From Thermoleophilia bacterium (GTDB taxonomy: Bacteria > Actinomycetota > Thermoleophilia > UBA2241): a stretch of DNA of 64,000 nucleotides. The stretch is from the NCBI GenBank assembly GCA_017882325.1, contig JADGPQ010000001.1:541-64540 (forward strand). Direction: 5' to 3'. The number at the start of each line of letters is the position of its first letter. The stretch's first letter is position 1. Below, one piece after another: positions 19,654 to 28,864 of the stretch. The notes below the pieces were generated by a model. That model ran no database searches. It worked only from the letters and a program-made list of their open reading frames with translations, and was not told where the DNA came from. The position numbers were made by a program, and so were the translations under genes.

Positions 19654-20184
19654 CTAACGGGCGCTGTGGCGCTCCATCAGGCCCAAGCCTCGCAGGCGCG
19701 TCTGCATGGCCTTGCGGCTGACCTCGAAGCGATCTGCGAGGCGAGCGACATCGAGGCCCTGCTCGCGCACCGCGTCGCGCACCAGATGTTCGGGCATGAG
19801 CAGCTCGGCGGCGAACGTGTCGGCCTCGCGCTCCTCCATGCGCCCCGCCTCGTTGACGCCGCCGCCGCGCTCGGGACGGCAGCGCTCCGGGTGCAGCACG
19901 AAGTGGCCGATCTCGTGGGCGATCGTGAAGCGTCGGCGGCCAGAGTCGCCGGAGCCGTTGAGCACGATGGCGCGCCCGTCACCCAGGGGCTCCAGGGCGG
20001 CTTCGCTGGTAAAGGGCTCGCGAGTCTTGCTGACCAGCTCGAGATTGAGCGCGCTGACGACATCGCGCAGCGACACCGGCTCGTGCGAGATGCCGGCCGC
20101 ATCGAGCAGGCGCGTAGCCTGATTGCGGATGTCTGACGCGGGATGGTTCACGAGGTTGGCCCCCTCCGGCCCGCATTCTACCAC
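19654..20184 (-). CDS. ImmA/IrrE family zinc metallo-endopeptidase (DUF955), peptidase domain only
   Basis: HExxH motif IAHEIGHFVLH and downstream EREADTFAAELLMP signature; ends TAG; no adjacent XRE partner. Confidence 0.75.
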   Translation of the reverse strand: MVECGPEGANLVNHPASDIRNQATRLLDAAGISHEPVSLRDVVSALNLELVSKTREPFTSEAALEPLGDGRAIVLNGSGDSGRRRFTIAHEIGHFVLHPERCRPERGGGVNEAGRMEEREADTFAAELLMPEHLVRDAVREQGLDVARLADRFEVSRKAMQTRLRGLGLMERHSAR

Positions 20185-20232
20185 CCGGCGCGGAGCACTC
20201 GCGACCGGTCGCCGCGCGACGTGGAGTGGCGG

Positions 20233-22191
20233 TCAGGCGCCGATGAGCGGCAGCAGGCGGGCGACGACCCCGCCGACGGCAAGAGCCAGCACGATGGTGC
20301 CGGCTGAGATCGTCGCCGTCCACTTCCAGCCCAGCTCTCGCCGCAGAACGGCGATTGTGGCAAGACAGGGGATGTAGATCGTGTTCACGATCGCGTACGT
20401 GATGATCTGCGGCTTGGTCATGATGCTCGAGATGTTGGCCACCGCGCCGCCGGCGCTCACCGCGGCGAACACCAGCAGAAGCTGCAGGGCCAGCTCCTTG
20501 CGCAGCACGGCGAAGACCAGCGTGAGCCCGGCGACGGCGGGAAGCATGAGCCAGCCCTCCACCACGGGCGACAGGGGAGCGGTGAGCTTCCACACAAGCC
20601 CGGTCTCGTAGAGGGCGCCCAGCACCATGCTGCCGATGAGGATGATGGGCGCGGCGTCCCACACGAACTCGCGAAAGCGCCGCCACGTCTTGGCGGCCAC
20701 CTGGCGGATCACCGGACGACGGAAGGGGAACATCTCCATGACAAAGGCGCCCTTCTGCCCGGGCAGGAGCCGGTTGAGGCCGAGCCCGGCCGAGACGCCG
20801 ATGACGAAGACCACGAAGTAGGTGAACAGGGCCCACTGCCAGCCGGCGAACGCCGCCACCGCGCCGATGATCACGGCGGTGCGGGCGCTGCAGGGTGTGA
20901 GCGTGGCGAGCGCCGAGGCGATCACGCGCTCGCGCTTGGTCGGCAGCGAACGTGTGGCGATGATCGCCGGCACGTTGCAGCCACCGGCCGCGATCAGGGG
21001 GATCACGGCGCGCCCGTGCAGGCCGAAGCGGTGCATCACGCGGTCGCTGAGGAAGGCGGCGGCGTTCATGTAGCCGGTGTCCTCGATGAACGCCAGCAGG
21101 AAGTAGAACGTGAGGATGTACGGGATGCCGACAGCGATCGTGGCGAGGATGCCGCCGTCGACTCCCCACAAGAGGGTACGGCCTAGTACGCCGTTACCGA
21201 AGATATCGGTGACGGCCGAGGTGACGGCCGGTGACACCCAGGCCGCCCAGGCGCCGGTGAGCAGGCGCGAGAGTACGTCGCCGACCACGAAGAGCGTGGC
21301 GAACATCGCGGCGATGACCCCAATGAGGATGGGGATGCCGGTGCGCGACGAGGTGGTGAGGCGCCACCAGGTGTCGGCGGCGGCTCGCGGCGGGGGCGCC
21401 TGCGCCGCCACCGCGAGCCGCCGCGCCTCCGCATGACGCGCCTGGGCGATGGCCAGCGCGAGGCCGTCGTCGTCGGACGTGAGCACCCCGGCCGTGTCGA
21501 GCTGGAGCGCCTCGACGACCTCGGCGTCGCCCTCGAGCACGGTGATGGCCGCGGCGCGGGGCGCCAGCCCGAAGGGCGGGCGTCCGGCTTCCGCGGCCCG
21601 CGCGGAGATCTCGGCGGCGAGCGTCGCGACGCGGTCGGCGACGCCCTCGGGAAGGGGCGTGCCCGCGGCCCGCCCGAGGCCGTTGACTGAAGCTGCGACT
21701 CGCAACATCTCGGCCTCCAGTCGCGGCAGACCTTCACCCCGAGGCGCCACCGTTGCGACCACCGGTACGCCGAGCTCACGGGCGAGCGCCTCGGCGTCCA
21801 CGTCGCGGTCGCGGCGGCGCGCCTCATCGGACAGGTTGACCGCGACGACCACGCGGAAGCCGAGGTCGAGAAGCTGCAGGGGCAGGTACAGACTGCGGCC
21901 CAGATTCGTGGCGTCGACGACCGCGACGACCACGTCCGGCTCGCGGGTGAGCAGGGCGACCCGTGCGGCGCGCTGATCGCCCCCTTGGCCGTCCAAAGAG
22001 TAGGTGCCGGGTAGATCGACGACTTCGACGTGCCGGCCGCCCCACTGCGTGCACACCGTGCACGCCTCCGTCGTCACACCGGCGCAGTTGGCGGTCTCGC
22101 AGCCGGCGCCGGTGAGGGCGTTGAACAGCGAGCTCTTGCCGACGTTGGGGTTTCCGGCCAGACAGGCGACGAGCGGACGCTCGCCGCGCAT
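20233..22191 (-). CDS. feoB: ferrous iron transporter FeoB
   Basis: N-terminal G domain (GNPNVGKSSLFNALTG) plus large polytopic membrane domain; start at ATG 22191 (MRGERPLVACLAGNPN). Confidence 0.9.
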   Translation of the reverse strand: MRGERPLVACLAGNPNVGKSSLFNALTGAGCETANCAGVTTEACTVCTQWGGRHVEVVDLPGTYSLDGQGGDQRAARVALLTREPDVVVAVVDATNLGRSLYLPLQLLDLGFRVVVAVNLSDEARRRDRDVDAEALARELGVPVVATVAPRGEGLPRLEAEMLRVAASVNGLGRAAGTPLPEGVADRVATLAAEISARAAEAGRPPFGLAPRAAAITVLEGDAEVVEALQLDTAGVLTSDDDGLALAIAQARHAEARRLAVAAQAPPPRAAADTWWRLTTSSRTGIPILIGVIAAMFATLFVVGDVLSRLLTGAWAAWVSPAVTSAVTDIFGNGVLGRTLLWGVDGGILATIAVGIPYILTFYFLLAFIEDTGYMNAAAFLSDRVMHRFGLHGRAVIPLIAAGGCNVPAIIATRSLPTKRERVIASALATLTPCSARTAVIIGAVAAFAGWQWALFTYFVVFVIGVSAGLGLNRLLPGQKGAFVMEMFPFRRPVIRQVAAKTWRRFREFVWDAAPIILIGSMVLGALYETGLVWKLTAPLSPVVEGWLMLPAVAGLTLVFAVLRKELALQLLLVFAAVSAGGAVANISSIMTKPQIITYAIVNTIYIPCLATIAVLRRELGWKWTATISAGTIVLALAVGGVVARLLPLIGA

Positions 22192-22238
22192 CGGGCCGGT
22201 CTTCTCGCGGCGCCGTGTGAAAACCGTCGCCACGGCGG

Positions 22239-22895
22239 TCAGGCGCGCACCAGGATCTTGCCCGCGACCTCGCGCCCGAGGGCGTACTGCGAGCCGGCCA
22301 CGCGGACGAGGAGAGGGCCGCCGAATGGCGCCACGCTCTCGACCGCGACGGGCGTCTCGGGCAGCAGGCCGAGGGAACCGAGGTACCTCAGCAGCTCGCC
22401 GTCCTCCTCGGTGATACAGCCGATCACGCCGTGCTCCCCGGCGCCGAACTCGACGAGCGGCCGCATGGCGTCGTCGGGAAGCGTCCCGTCTTCGCCGGGG
22501 ATGGCGTGCCCGTGCGGGCACGTCGTGGGGTTGCCGAGCTGCTCCGCGAGCCGCGCCTCGACCTCCCGGCTGAGCACGTGCTCGAGCTTGCAGGCCTCAT
22601 CGTGCACGGCATCCCAGGGCATGTCGAGGTAGTCGACGAGAAAGCGTTCGCTGAGACGGTGACGGCGCACGAGCGCCGCGCCCTCGTGTTCGCCGTTGGG
22701 AGTAAGCTTGATGCCGACCTCGCCCTGCGGCGTCACCAGACCCGCGGCGCGGAGCCGGGCCAGCATCTCGGAGACCGATGGAGGAGCCACTCCGAGTTCC
22801 GCGGCCAGGCGCTTGACGGTGACGGGGGAGCCGCCGCGCTGCAGCTTGAACACGGCCTCGAGATACTCCTCGGTGCTCTGCGTGAGCTTGTTCAC
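22239..22895 (-). CDS. DtxR/MntR family metal-dependent transcriptional regulator fused to C-terminal FeoA domain
   Basis: N-terminal DtxR HTH and metal-binding/dimerisation region (TVKRLAAELGVAPPSVSEMLARL...RRHRLSERFLVD), C-terminal SH3-like FeoA domain; directly upstream of feoB. Confidence 0.8.
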   Translation of the reverse strand: MNKLTQSTEEYLEAVFKLQRGGSPVTVKRLAAELGVAPPSVSEMLARLRAAGLVTPQGEVGIKLTPNGEHEGAALVRRHRLSERFLVDYLDMPWDAVHDEACKLEHVLSREVEARLAEQLGNPTTCPHGHAIPGEDGTLPDDAMRPLVEFGAGEHGVIGCITEEDGELLRYLGSLGLLPETPVAVESVAPFGGPLLVRVAGSQYALGREVAGKILVRA

Positions 22896-22965
22896 GGTCT
22901 CCTCCGGCGCCTCGGCACACTCCCCATCACAGACGCACCTCCGTGAGATGCGATGTGTTTGGGCT

Positions 22966-22984
22966 CCTTGTAAGGATAACCTAA
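22966..22984. promoter_or_regulatory. candidate DtxR/IdeR-type iron box upstream of dtxR-feoA-feoB
   Basis: CCTTGTAAGGATAACCTAA matches the TTAGGTTAGGCTAACCTAA consensus at 13/19 positions (right half 8/9); lies in an AT-richer stretch about 70 bp upstream of the start codon. Confidence 0.3.
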
Positions 22985-23296
22985 CTATCGGCAGCAGGGA
23001 AGCCTGACATTAGTCAAGAGGAGCGGATGCCTCGCGCGGTGAGGTGGGCCGAACGCGCCCAAAGGATCATGTGCAGGGCCTGCCAAGAACGGTAGTGTTG
23101 TCTCGCACTCCACGAGAGCGGGACGCAGTCCGCGTCACACCATCACGCGTGATCGAAATGACCGCTCACGCACAAAAGAGCAGGGTACCGCCGAGATCCA
23201 CTCAGACTGCATGGTCCTTGTTGCGCGGAGCAGAGCAGGTCACGTGGTTCGTCGGGGGGTCGCACGGATAGCCGCCTGAACGATCGTCACCGTGCG

Positions 23297-24097
23297 GTGG
23301 GTCAGCACTACGACGACGTCGCGTGCGAGTACGAGGTCACGCGGCTCGAGCAGCACAGTGCCGTAGAGCGCGAGATGACCGAGCGCTACCTGGAGCGCTT
23401 CGTCCCATCCGGCAGCACCGTGGCCGACGTCGGCGTCGGGCACTATGACGAGTTACTGGCCCGGCGCCGATGTAGGCTCCACCTCGTCGATGTGTCCGCC
23501 CGACTGCTCGAGACAGCGCTCGGCCGCCTTGAGTCGTGCGGTCTGTCTGGGCACGTCCTCGACGCCCAGGTTGCCTCGGCCACCGATCTCGCCCACCTCT
23601 CCGACGCCAGCTGGGACGCCGTGCTCCTCCTGGGGCCACTCTGCCATCTGCTCACGCTGGCCGAGCGTCAGAGGGCTGTGCGTGAAGCGCGTCGCGTTCT
23701 GCGCGGCGACGGCTTACTCGCCGCGTCGGGCTGCAATCGGATCGTGGGGGTCGGCGGCGGGTACTACCTCGAACCGGAGCGGTGCATCGAGCCGCTCGAG
23801 GACTATCGGCAGTTCGTCGCCGATGGCATCGTCGAGCCCGACCTCGCCCCCACCATCGGCCACGCACACTTCACCGGCGCAGCCGAGTTCCGGGCCCTGT
23901 TCGAGGGTGTGTTCGAGGAGGCGATGTTCGTCGGAATCGAGTCGTTCACCGGGAGCCGGCAGAAGATCTTCAGCGAGATCAGTCCCGATGCTCAGCAGGC
24001 CTGGCTCGACCTCGTTGAGGCGACGGCTGCCACAGCGGAGGGGATTGGCCTCTCGGAGCACTTCCTCTTCATCGGCAGACCGCAATCCGACTGGTGA
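23297..24097 (+). CDS. class I SAM-dependent methyltransferase
   Basis: motif I VADVGVGHY and typical small-molecule MTase fold length. Confidence 0.65.
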   Translation: MGQHYDDVACEYEVTRLEQHSAVEREMTERYLERFVPSGSTVADVGVGHYDELLARRRCRLHLVDVSARLLETALGRLESCGLSGHVLDAQVASATDLAHLSDASWDAVLLLGPLCHLLTLAERQRAVREARRVLRGDGLLAASGCNRIVGVGGGYYLEPERCIEPLEDYRQFVADGIVEPDLAPTIGHAHFTGAAEFRALFEGVFEEAMFVGIESFTGSRQKIFSEISPDAQQAWLDLVEATAATAEGIGLSEHFLFIGRPQSDW

Positions 24098-24315
24098 CAT
24101 GACATGAGGAATGGGAGCCTACGACGGGACCGGACGGTGGTGCGCGCGTGACTTCAACATTGAGGCGCAACGCTTGCGCTCTCGTCTGGTCGGTCGTGAG
24201 CTGACGCCCGCCTGAGAGGCGGGCACCGAGATTTGCGAGTTGCCGCGGTGCCTCACCTTGGCCGCGCGGCCGGGGACCGGTCCGCGCCTCCCCTGCGCGT
24301 GTCGCGCTGGCCCGC

Positions 24316-25056
24316 TCACCCACCGTTCGTCACGACCCAGTCGAGCGTCGCCCGCGCGACCTCGGGCGAGCGTCCGGGACCGTGGTGGCCGCCCTCTTCC
24401 AGAGCGATGAAACGCGTCGGGTCAGCCAGAACGGCCGCCAGACGCTCGCTGTGCGAGAACGGCACCGCCTCGTCGTCCCGGGCGTGCGCGAGGAGCACGC
24501 GCGGCACGCCGCGCGCGGCCGCGACGAGGTCGAGCCGCCGCAGATACGGCCGCAAGGTGGTGGCGTCGAAACGGCCGTAGTACTCCCGGTCGGGGTCGTC
24601 GTCGCGCTTGAGCTGTTCGAGGTCGTCGAGGCCGGCGAGCAATGACGGTCCGTCCGCCGGGCAGAGGAGCACCAGCGAGCGGTAAAGCCGTGGGTGGGCG
24701 CGCGTCGCCAGCAGCAGGAAGCACCCTCCCATGCTGGCCCCGCGCGCCGCCAGCCACGGTGCGTCGCTCGCGGCCAGCAGCGCCTCACCGGCCGCGACGG
24801 CGTCGTGCCAGCCCTCCGGGCCCATGACGCCCTCGCTCTCGCCGTGGCCGCGGAAGTCGAAGGTCAGCGCGGCCAGCCCCGCGTCCGCCGCCTGCTCGCC
24901 CATGACGCCGTGGTTCTCCTTGCGGCTGCCGGCGCCGTGGCACACCAGCAGGGCGCCGCGTGGCGGGCCGGCCGGCCGGAAGAGCAGGCCGGCGAGCTCG
25001 AGCTCATCGGAGGCGATGACGAGCGTCTCCGGCGGCGGTGTGGACGAGGTGCGCAC
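24316..25056 (-). CDS. alpha/beta hydrolase (dienelactone hydrolase-like)
   Basis: LLVCHGAGSRKENH, nucleophile elbow GASMGG, C-terminal His. Confidence 0.7.
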   Translation of the reverse strand: MRTSSTPPPETLVIASDELELAGLLFRPAGPPRGALLVCHGAGSRKENHGVMGEQAADAGLAALTFDFRGHGESEGVMGPEGWHDAVAAGEALLAASDAPWLAARGASMGGCFLLLATRAHPRLYRSLVLLCPADGPSLLAGLDDLEQLKRDDDPDREYYGRFDATTLRPYLRRLDLVAAARGVPRVLLAHARDDEAVPFSHSERLAAVLADPTRFIALEEGGHHGPGRSPEVARATLDWVVTNGG

Positions 25057-25181
25057 GGCCCGAGTTTAGCCGACGCCTCCGTTGTGGTGTACTACTCGGA
25101 CCGCGAGGCGACTGCGCCGCCGCGGCCGTACCGTCACTGCGACATCCGGCGGGCTGCGACGCCCGCCGTCACGGAGGTACC

Positions 25182-26435
25182 ATGCACGAGGTCAACGTCG
25201 GCCACAAGGCCCTGGCCGACTACCGCTCCATCGTCCCCAGGGAGCTCATGGCCGAGATCGACGAGCTGTCCGCGGAGCTCCGCGGGAAGCGCGTGCTGCA
25301 CGTGAACGCCACCGCCTTCGGCGGCGGCGTGGCCGAGATCCTCTACGCCCTGGTGCCGCTCATCTCCGACGCCGGACTGCCGGCCGAGTGGCAGGTGATC
25401 ACGGCGCCGCCCGAGTTCTACAACGTGACGAAGAGCTTCCACAATGGCCTGCAGGGCCATGCTGTGGACTTCCCGGCCGAGGCGCGGGAGCTCTACGAAA
25501 GCGTCTGCCGCGCCAACGCCGCCGATCTCACGCGCGCCTACGACTTCGTCATGGTCCACGATCCGCAGCCGTTGGCCATGCGCGACTACGTCACCATGAG
25601 CCAGGACCGGTCGACCCGGTGGATCTGGCGCTGCCACATCGACACGTCCACGCCGGACCAGGGGCTGTACGACTACCTGCTCCCGTCGATCAACGGCTAC
25701 GACGCGGCCGTTTACACCCTGCGTGACTACGTGCCGCAGGGCCTCACCGTGCCGGTGCGCGAGATCGCCCCGACCATCGACCCTCTGGCGCCCAAGAACA
25801 TGAAGCTCTCCGCCGAGGATGCCACCTACATCGTGCGCCAGTTCGGCATCGACGTGGAACGCCCGCTTCTCCTGCAGGTCTCGCGCTTCGACCCCTGGAA
25901 GGACCCGCTGGGCGTCGTCGACGTCTACCGCGCCGTCAAGGCGAACTACCCGGCGATGCAGCTCGCTCTCGTGGGGTCGATGGCGAGCGACGATCCGGAG
26001 GGCTGGGAGTACCTGGAGAAGGTGATCGAATATGTGGCCGCCGACCCCGACGTGTTCCTTCTGTCCAATCTCGACAACGTGGGCTCGGTGGAGATCAACG
26101 CCTTCCAGAGCCACGCCGACGTGATCGTGCAGAAGTCAACGCGCGAGGGCTTCGGCCTCACCGTCACCGAGGGGTTGTGGAAGGCGCGGCCGACCATCGG
26201 CGGCGACGTCGGGGGGATCCCGCTGCAGATCGAGGACGGCGTCACCGGGTATCTCGTCAAGTCCGCGGCCCAGTGTGCTGAGCGGTGCCTCCAGGTCCTG
26301 GCGAAGCCCGAGAAGCACCGGCGCATGGCTCTGCTGGGCAAGGAGCACGTGCGCCGCGAGTTCCTCACGCCGCGGCTGCTGCGCGACGACCTCAGGCTCT
26401 TCTCGGACCTTCAGGCGGGTAAGATAGGGCGGTAG
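25182..26435 (+). CDS. treT: trehalose synthase TreT (trehalose glycosyltransferring synthase, GT4)
   Basis: strong similarity to archaeal/Rubrobacter TreT: HVNATAFGGGVAEILYALVPL, WRCHIDTS, VSRFDPWKDP, DDPEGW, REGFGLTVTEGLWK; GGAGG RBS. Confidence 0.85.
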   Translation: MHEVNVGHKALADYRSIVPRELMAEIDELSAELRGKRVLHVNATAFGGGVAEILYALVPLISDAGLPAEWQVITAPPEFYNVTKSFHNGLQGHAVDFPAEARELYESVCRANAADLTRAYDFVMVHDPQPLAMRDYVTMSQDRSTRWIWRCHIDTSTPDQGLYDYLLPSINGYDAAVYTLRDYVPQGLTVPVREIAPTIDPLAPKNMKLSAEDATYIVRQFGIDVERPLLLQVSRFDPWKDPLGVVDVYRAVKANYPAMQLALVGSMASDDPEGWEYLEKVIEYVAADPDVFLLSNLDNVGSVEINAFQSHADVIVQKSTREGFGLTVTEGLWKARPTIGGDVGGIPLQIEDGVTGYLVKSAAQCAERCLQVLAKPEKHRRMALLGKEHVRREFLTPRLLRDDLRLFSDLQAGKIGR

Positions 26436-26497
26436 GCCCCGGCCGGCGACGCTTCGCCGGTCCGGCCGGACCCGAACAGCGACGCAGGGGGCGCGGC

Positions 26498-28009
26498 GTG
26501 CACGCGGCCGATCTCGCAGGACGCCGTCTCGTGGTGGCCGCCAATCGTGGCCCCGTCTCGTTCCACAACGACCCCTCCGGGGAGCCGGTGGTGACGCGCG
26601 GTCCCGGCGGCCTCGTGACTGTCCTCACCGAGCTCCTGCGCAAACACCCCGGCACCTGGGTCGCGACCGCGGTGGGCGACGAAGAAGAGCGCCTTGCCGC
26701 CGAGGGACGGGCCGTCGAGGTCGAGCTCGACGGCGACGCGTACCGCGTGCGCTACGTCGCCATCGACCACGACGTCTACGACAAGTACTACAACATCATC
26801 GCCAACCCGATCCTCTGGTTCATCCAGCACTACCTCTGGGACCTCGGGCGCCATCCGGACATCTCGCCGAACGAGGTCGACGCTTGGGAGAACGGCTACC
26901 TGCCGGTGCAGCGGCTCTTCGCGGAGGCGATCGCCGGCGAACTGGGCGCTCTCGCGGCGGGCGCCGGAGAAGCGGCCGTGCCGCCCGCCCGCCCCGGCGC
27001 TCTCGTCATGCTCCACGACTACCACCTCTACGGCGTCGCGCCGCTTGTGCGCGCCGCCGTCCCGGGCGCCTTCATCCATCAGTTCGTGCACATCCCCTGG
27101 GCACAGAGCGACGCCTGGCTGGTCCTTCCCGAGGAGATGCGCCGGGCGGTCTTCACCGGCCTGCTCGGCAACGACGTGGTGGCCTTCCACACGCGCCACT
27201 ATGCCGTGAACTTCCTGCAAGGCTGCCGCGACCTGCTCGACCTGGAGGTCGATGAGCGCCACCTCGCGGTCGCCTACGGCGACCGCGAGGTGTGGGTGCG
27301 CGCCTACCCGGTGTCGATCGACCCGGAAGAGCTGCGCAAGGCCGCCACGGCGCAGCGGGTGGCGGCCGAGGAACGCAGCCTCCTGCAGCGACGCAGGGAG
27401 TTCCTCGTGCTCCGCGTCGATCGCCTCGACCTCAGCAAGAACGTGATCCGCGGGTTCGTCGCCTTCGACCGCTTCCTCGACCTGCACCCCGAATTCAAGG
27501 ACCGCATCACCTTCCTCGCGTTGCTGCAGGCGTCGCGCGAGGACGTAGAGGAATACGTGGTCTACCGTGAGCGCGTGACGCGCATCGTGGAACAGATCAA
27601 CACCAAACACGGCAACACCGACTGGATGCCGATCGACCTGCGCGTCCAGGACAATTTTCCGCAGACGCTGGCCGCCTACCGGCACTACGACGCCCTGATG
27701 GTCAACGCCATCTTCGACGGCATGAACCTGGTGGCCAAAGAGGGGCCGGTGGTCAACACGCGCGACGGCGTGCTCATCCTCAGCGAGAACACGGGGGCCT
27801 TCGAGGAGATCGGCATGTTCGCCGTGGCCGTCAACCCATTCGACATCGAGCAGCAGGCCGCGGCGATCCACGAGGCCCTGACGATGCCGGCCGCCGAGAA
27901 GCGCGCCCGCGGCGAGGCCATCCGCGGCGTCGTCGACGGCAACAGCATCGAGAAGTGGGTGCGCGCGCAGTTCGACGACATCGCCGCGAAGCTCTCCGGC
28001 GGCGGCTGA
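26498..28009 (+). CDS. otsA: alpha,alpha-trehalose-phosphate synthase OtsA (GT20)
   Basis: GT20 hallmarks (VVAANRGPVSF, HDYHLYGV, FHTRHY, LLQASRED). Confidence 0.85.
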   Translation: MHAADLAGRRLVVAANRGPVSFHNDPSGEPVVTRGPGGLVTVLTELLRKHPGTWVATAVGDEEERLAAEGRAVEVELDGDAYRVRYVAIDHDVYDKYYNIIANPILWFIQHYLWDLGRHPDISPNEVDAWENGYLPVQRLFAEAIAGELGALAAGAGEAAVPPARPGALVMLHDYHLYGVAPLVRAAVPGAFIHQFVHIPWAQSDAWLVLPEEMRRAVFTGLLGNDVVAFHTRHYAVNFLQGCRDLLDLEVDERHLAVAYGDREVWVRAYPVSIDPEELRKAATAQRVAAEERSLLQRRREFLVLRVDRLDLSKNVIRGFVAFDRFLDLHPEFKDRITFLALLQASREDVEEYVVYRERVTRIVEQINTKHGNTDWMPIDLRVQDNFPQTLAAYRHYDALMVNAIFDGMNLVAKEGPVVNTRDGVLILSENTGAFEEIGMFAVAVNPFDIEQQAAAIHEALTMPAAEKRARGEAIRGVVDGNSIEKWVRAQFDDIAAKLSGGG

Positions 28010-28066
28010 CGCCTCGGGCGCTCGCGGGTCGCCGGCCCGCGCCGGCGCGGCCGCCCCCGCTGCGCC

Positions 28067-28762
28067 TCAGGCGTGCGGGTAGCTGATCAGCAGGACGATG
28101 CAGTACACGAGGAACGCGCCGGCGACTCCGGACACCGTCAAGCGCACGCCCCTGACGCGAAAGCGCTGCCCGATGGCGAGCAGGAACAGCACCGCTGCCA
28201 GGATGACGGTGACTCTCACGTAGTCCTCGCCGATGCCCCTGTCGTGTACGCCCTCGTTGAACGCCTCGGTGGCCTGGTCGCCCAGGCTCTGCGCTTTCTC
28301 CGCCAACGGGTCCTTGTACTGGGGCATGTACCGGGGCCCGGGCGGCGCGCCGGGCTTGTTCAGCGGATCGAGCTTCAGCCAGGCGTCGAAGGCCAGCTTG
28401 TACTCTGGGGTGAACCGGCGGGCGAGGATGCCCGCGAGCTTCGCATCGTTTGCCGTGTAGGCCTGCAACCATGCGGTGAACGTGCCGGTGTCGTAGAGGA
28501 GCGTCTGATTGCCGGTGAGCTGGATGTCGGTGCTCTGCACGCGCAGCCGGGACGAGGTCGCGTAGGCCTTGGCGCTCTCGCCGTCCCACTTGGCCGCCTG
28601 GTAGCCGCTGAGTGCGGTCGAGAGGGCGACGATCGCGAGGAGGATCGCCTCGAGGATCTCGATGGTCTCGATGCGCCTTTGGCGGGGCTCGCCGTGAGTC
28701 TCGTGCCCGCCGTGCTCTCTCAAGTGTTGCGCGATCTCCGTGTTGATGTTGCCTTCGGGCAT
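28067..28762 (-). CDS. DUF4337-like membrane protein
   Basis: N-terminal HGGHETHGE His-rich stretch, two predicted TM helices; hypothetical. Confidence 0.5.
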   Translation of the reverse strand: MPEGNINTEIAQHLREHGGHETHGEPRQRRIETIEILEAILLAIVALSTALSGYQAAKWDGESAKAYATSSRLRVQSTDIQLTGNQTLLYDTGTFTAWLQAYTANDAKLAGILARRFTPEYKLAFDAWLKLDPLNKPGAPPGPRYMPQYKDPLAEKAQSLGDQATEAFNEGVHDRGIGEDYVRVTVILAAVLFLLAIGQRFRVRGVRLTVSGVAGAFLVYCIVLLISYPHA

Positions 28763-28864
28763 GCGCGCTCCGCTCTGTGGTCGTCACCTCAGTTTCGGCC
28801 CTGCACGGCGCCGTGTGCGGGACATCGTAGTACAGGCGAGTGCGCGGCGAAACGCTCCTTCGGG

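Noticed and set aside
19510-20184. tRNA-Gly plus ImmA-like gene as boundary of an integrated prophage or ICE
   Set aside because: No integrase, recombinase, phage structural or XRE genes and no direct repeat of the tRNA 3' end were found in the flanking 10 kb. Retained only as a low-level observation.
22192-22521. 110-aa Arg-rich N-terminal extension of the feoB ORF
   Set aside because: It overlaps the upstream dtxR-feoA gene. FeoB homology begins at MRGERPLV (ATG 22191).
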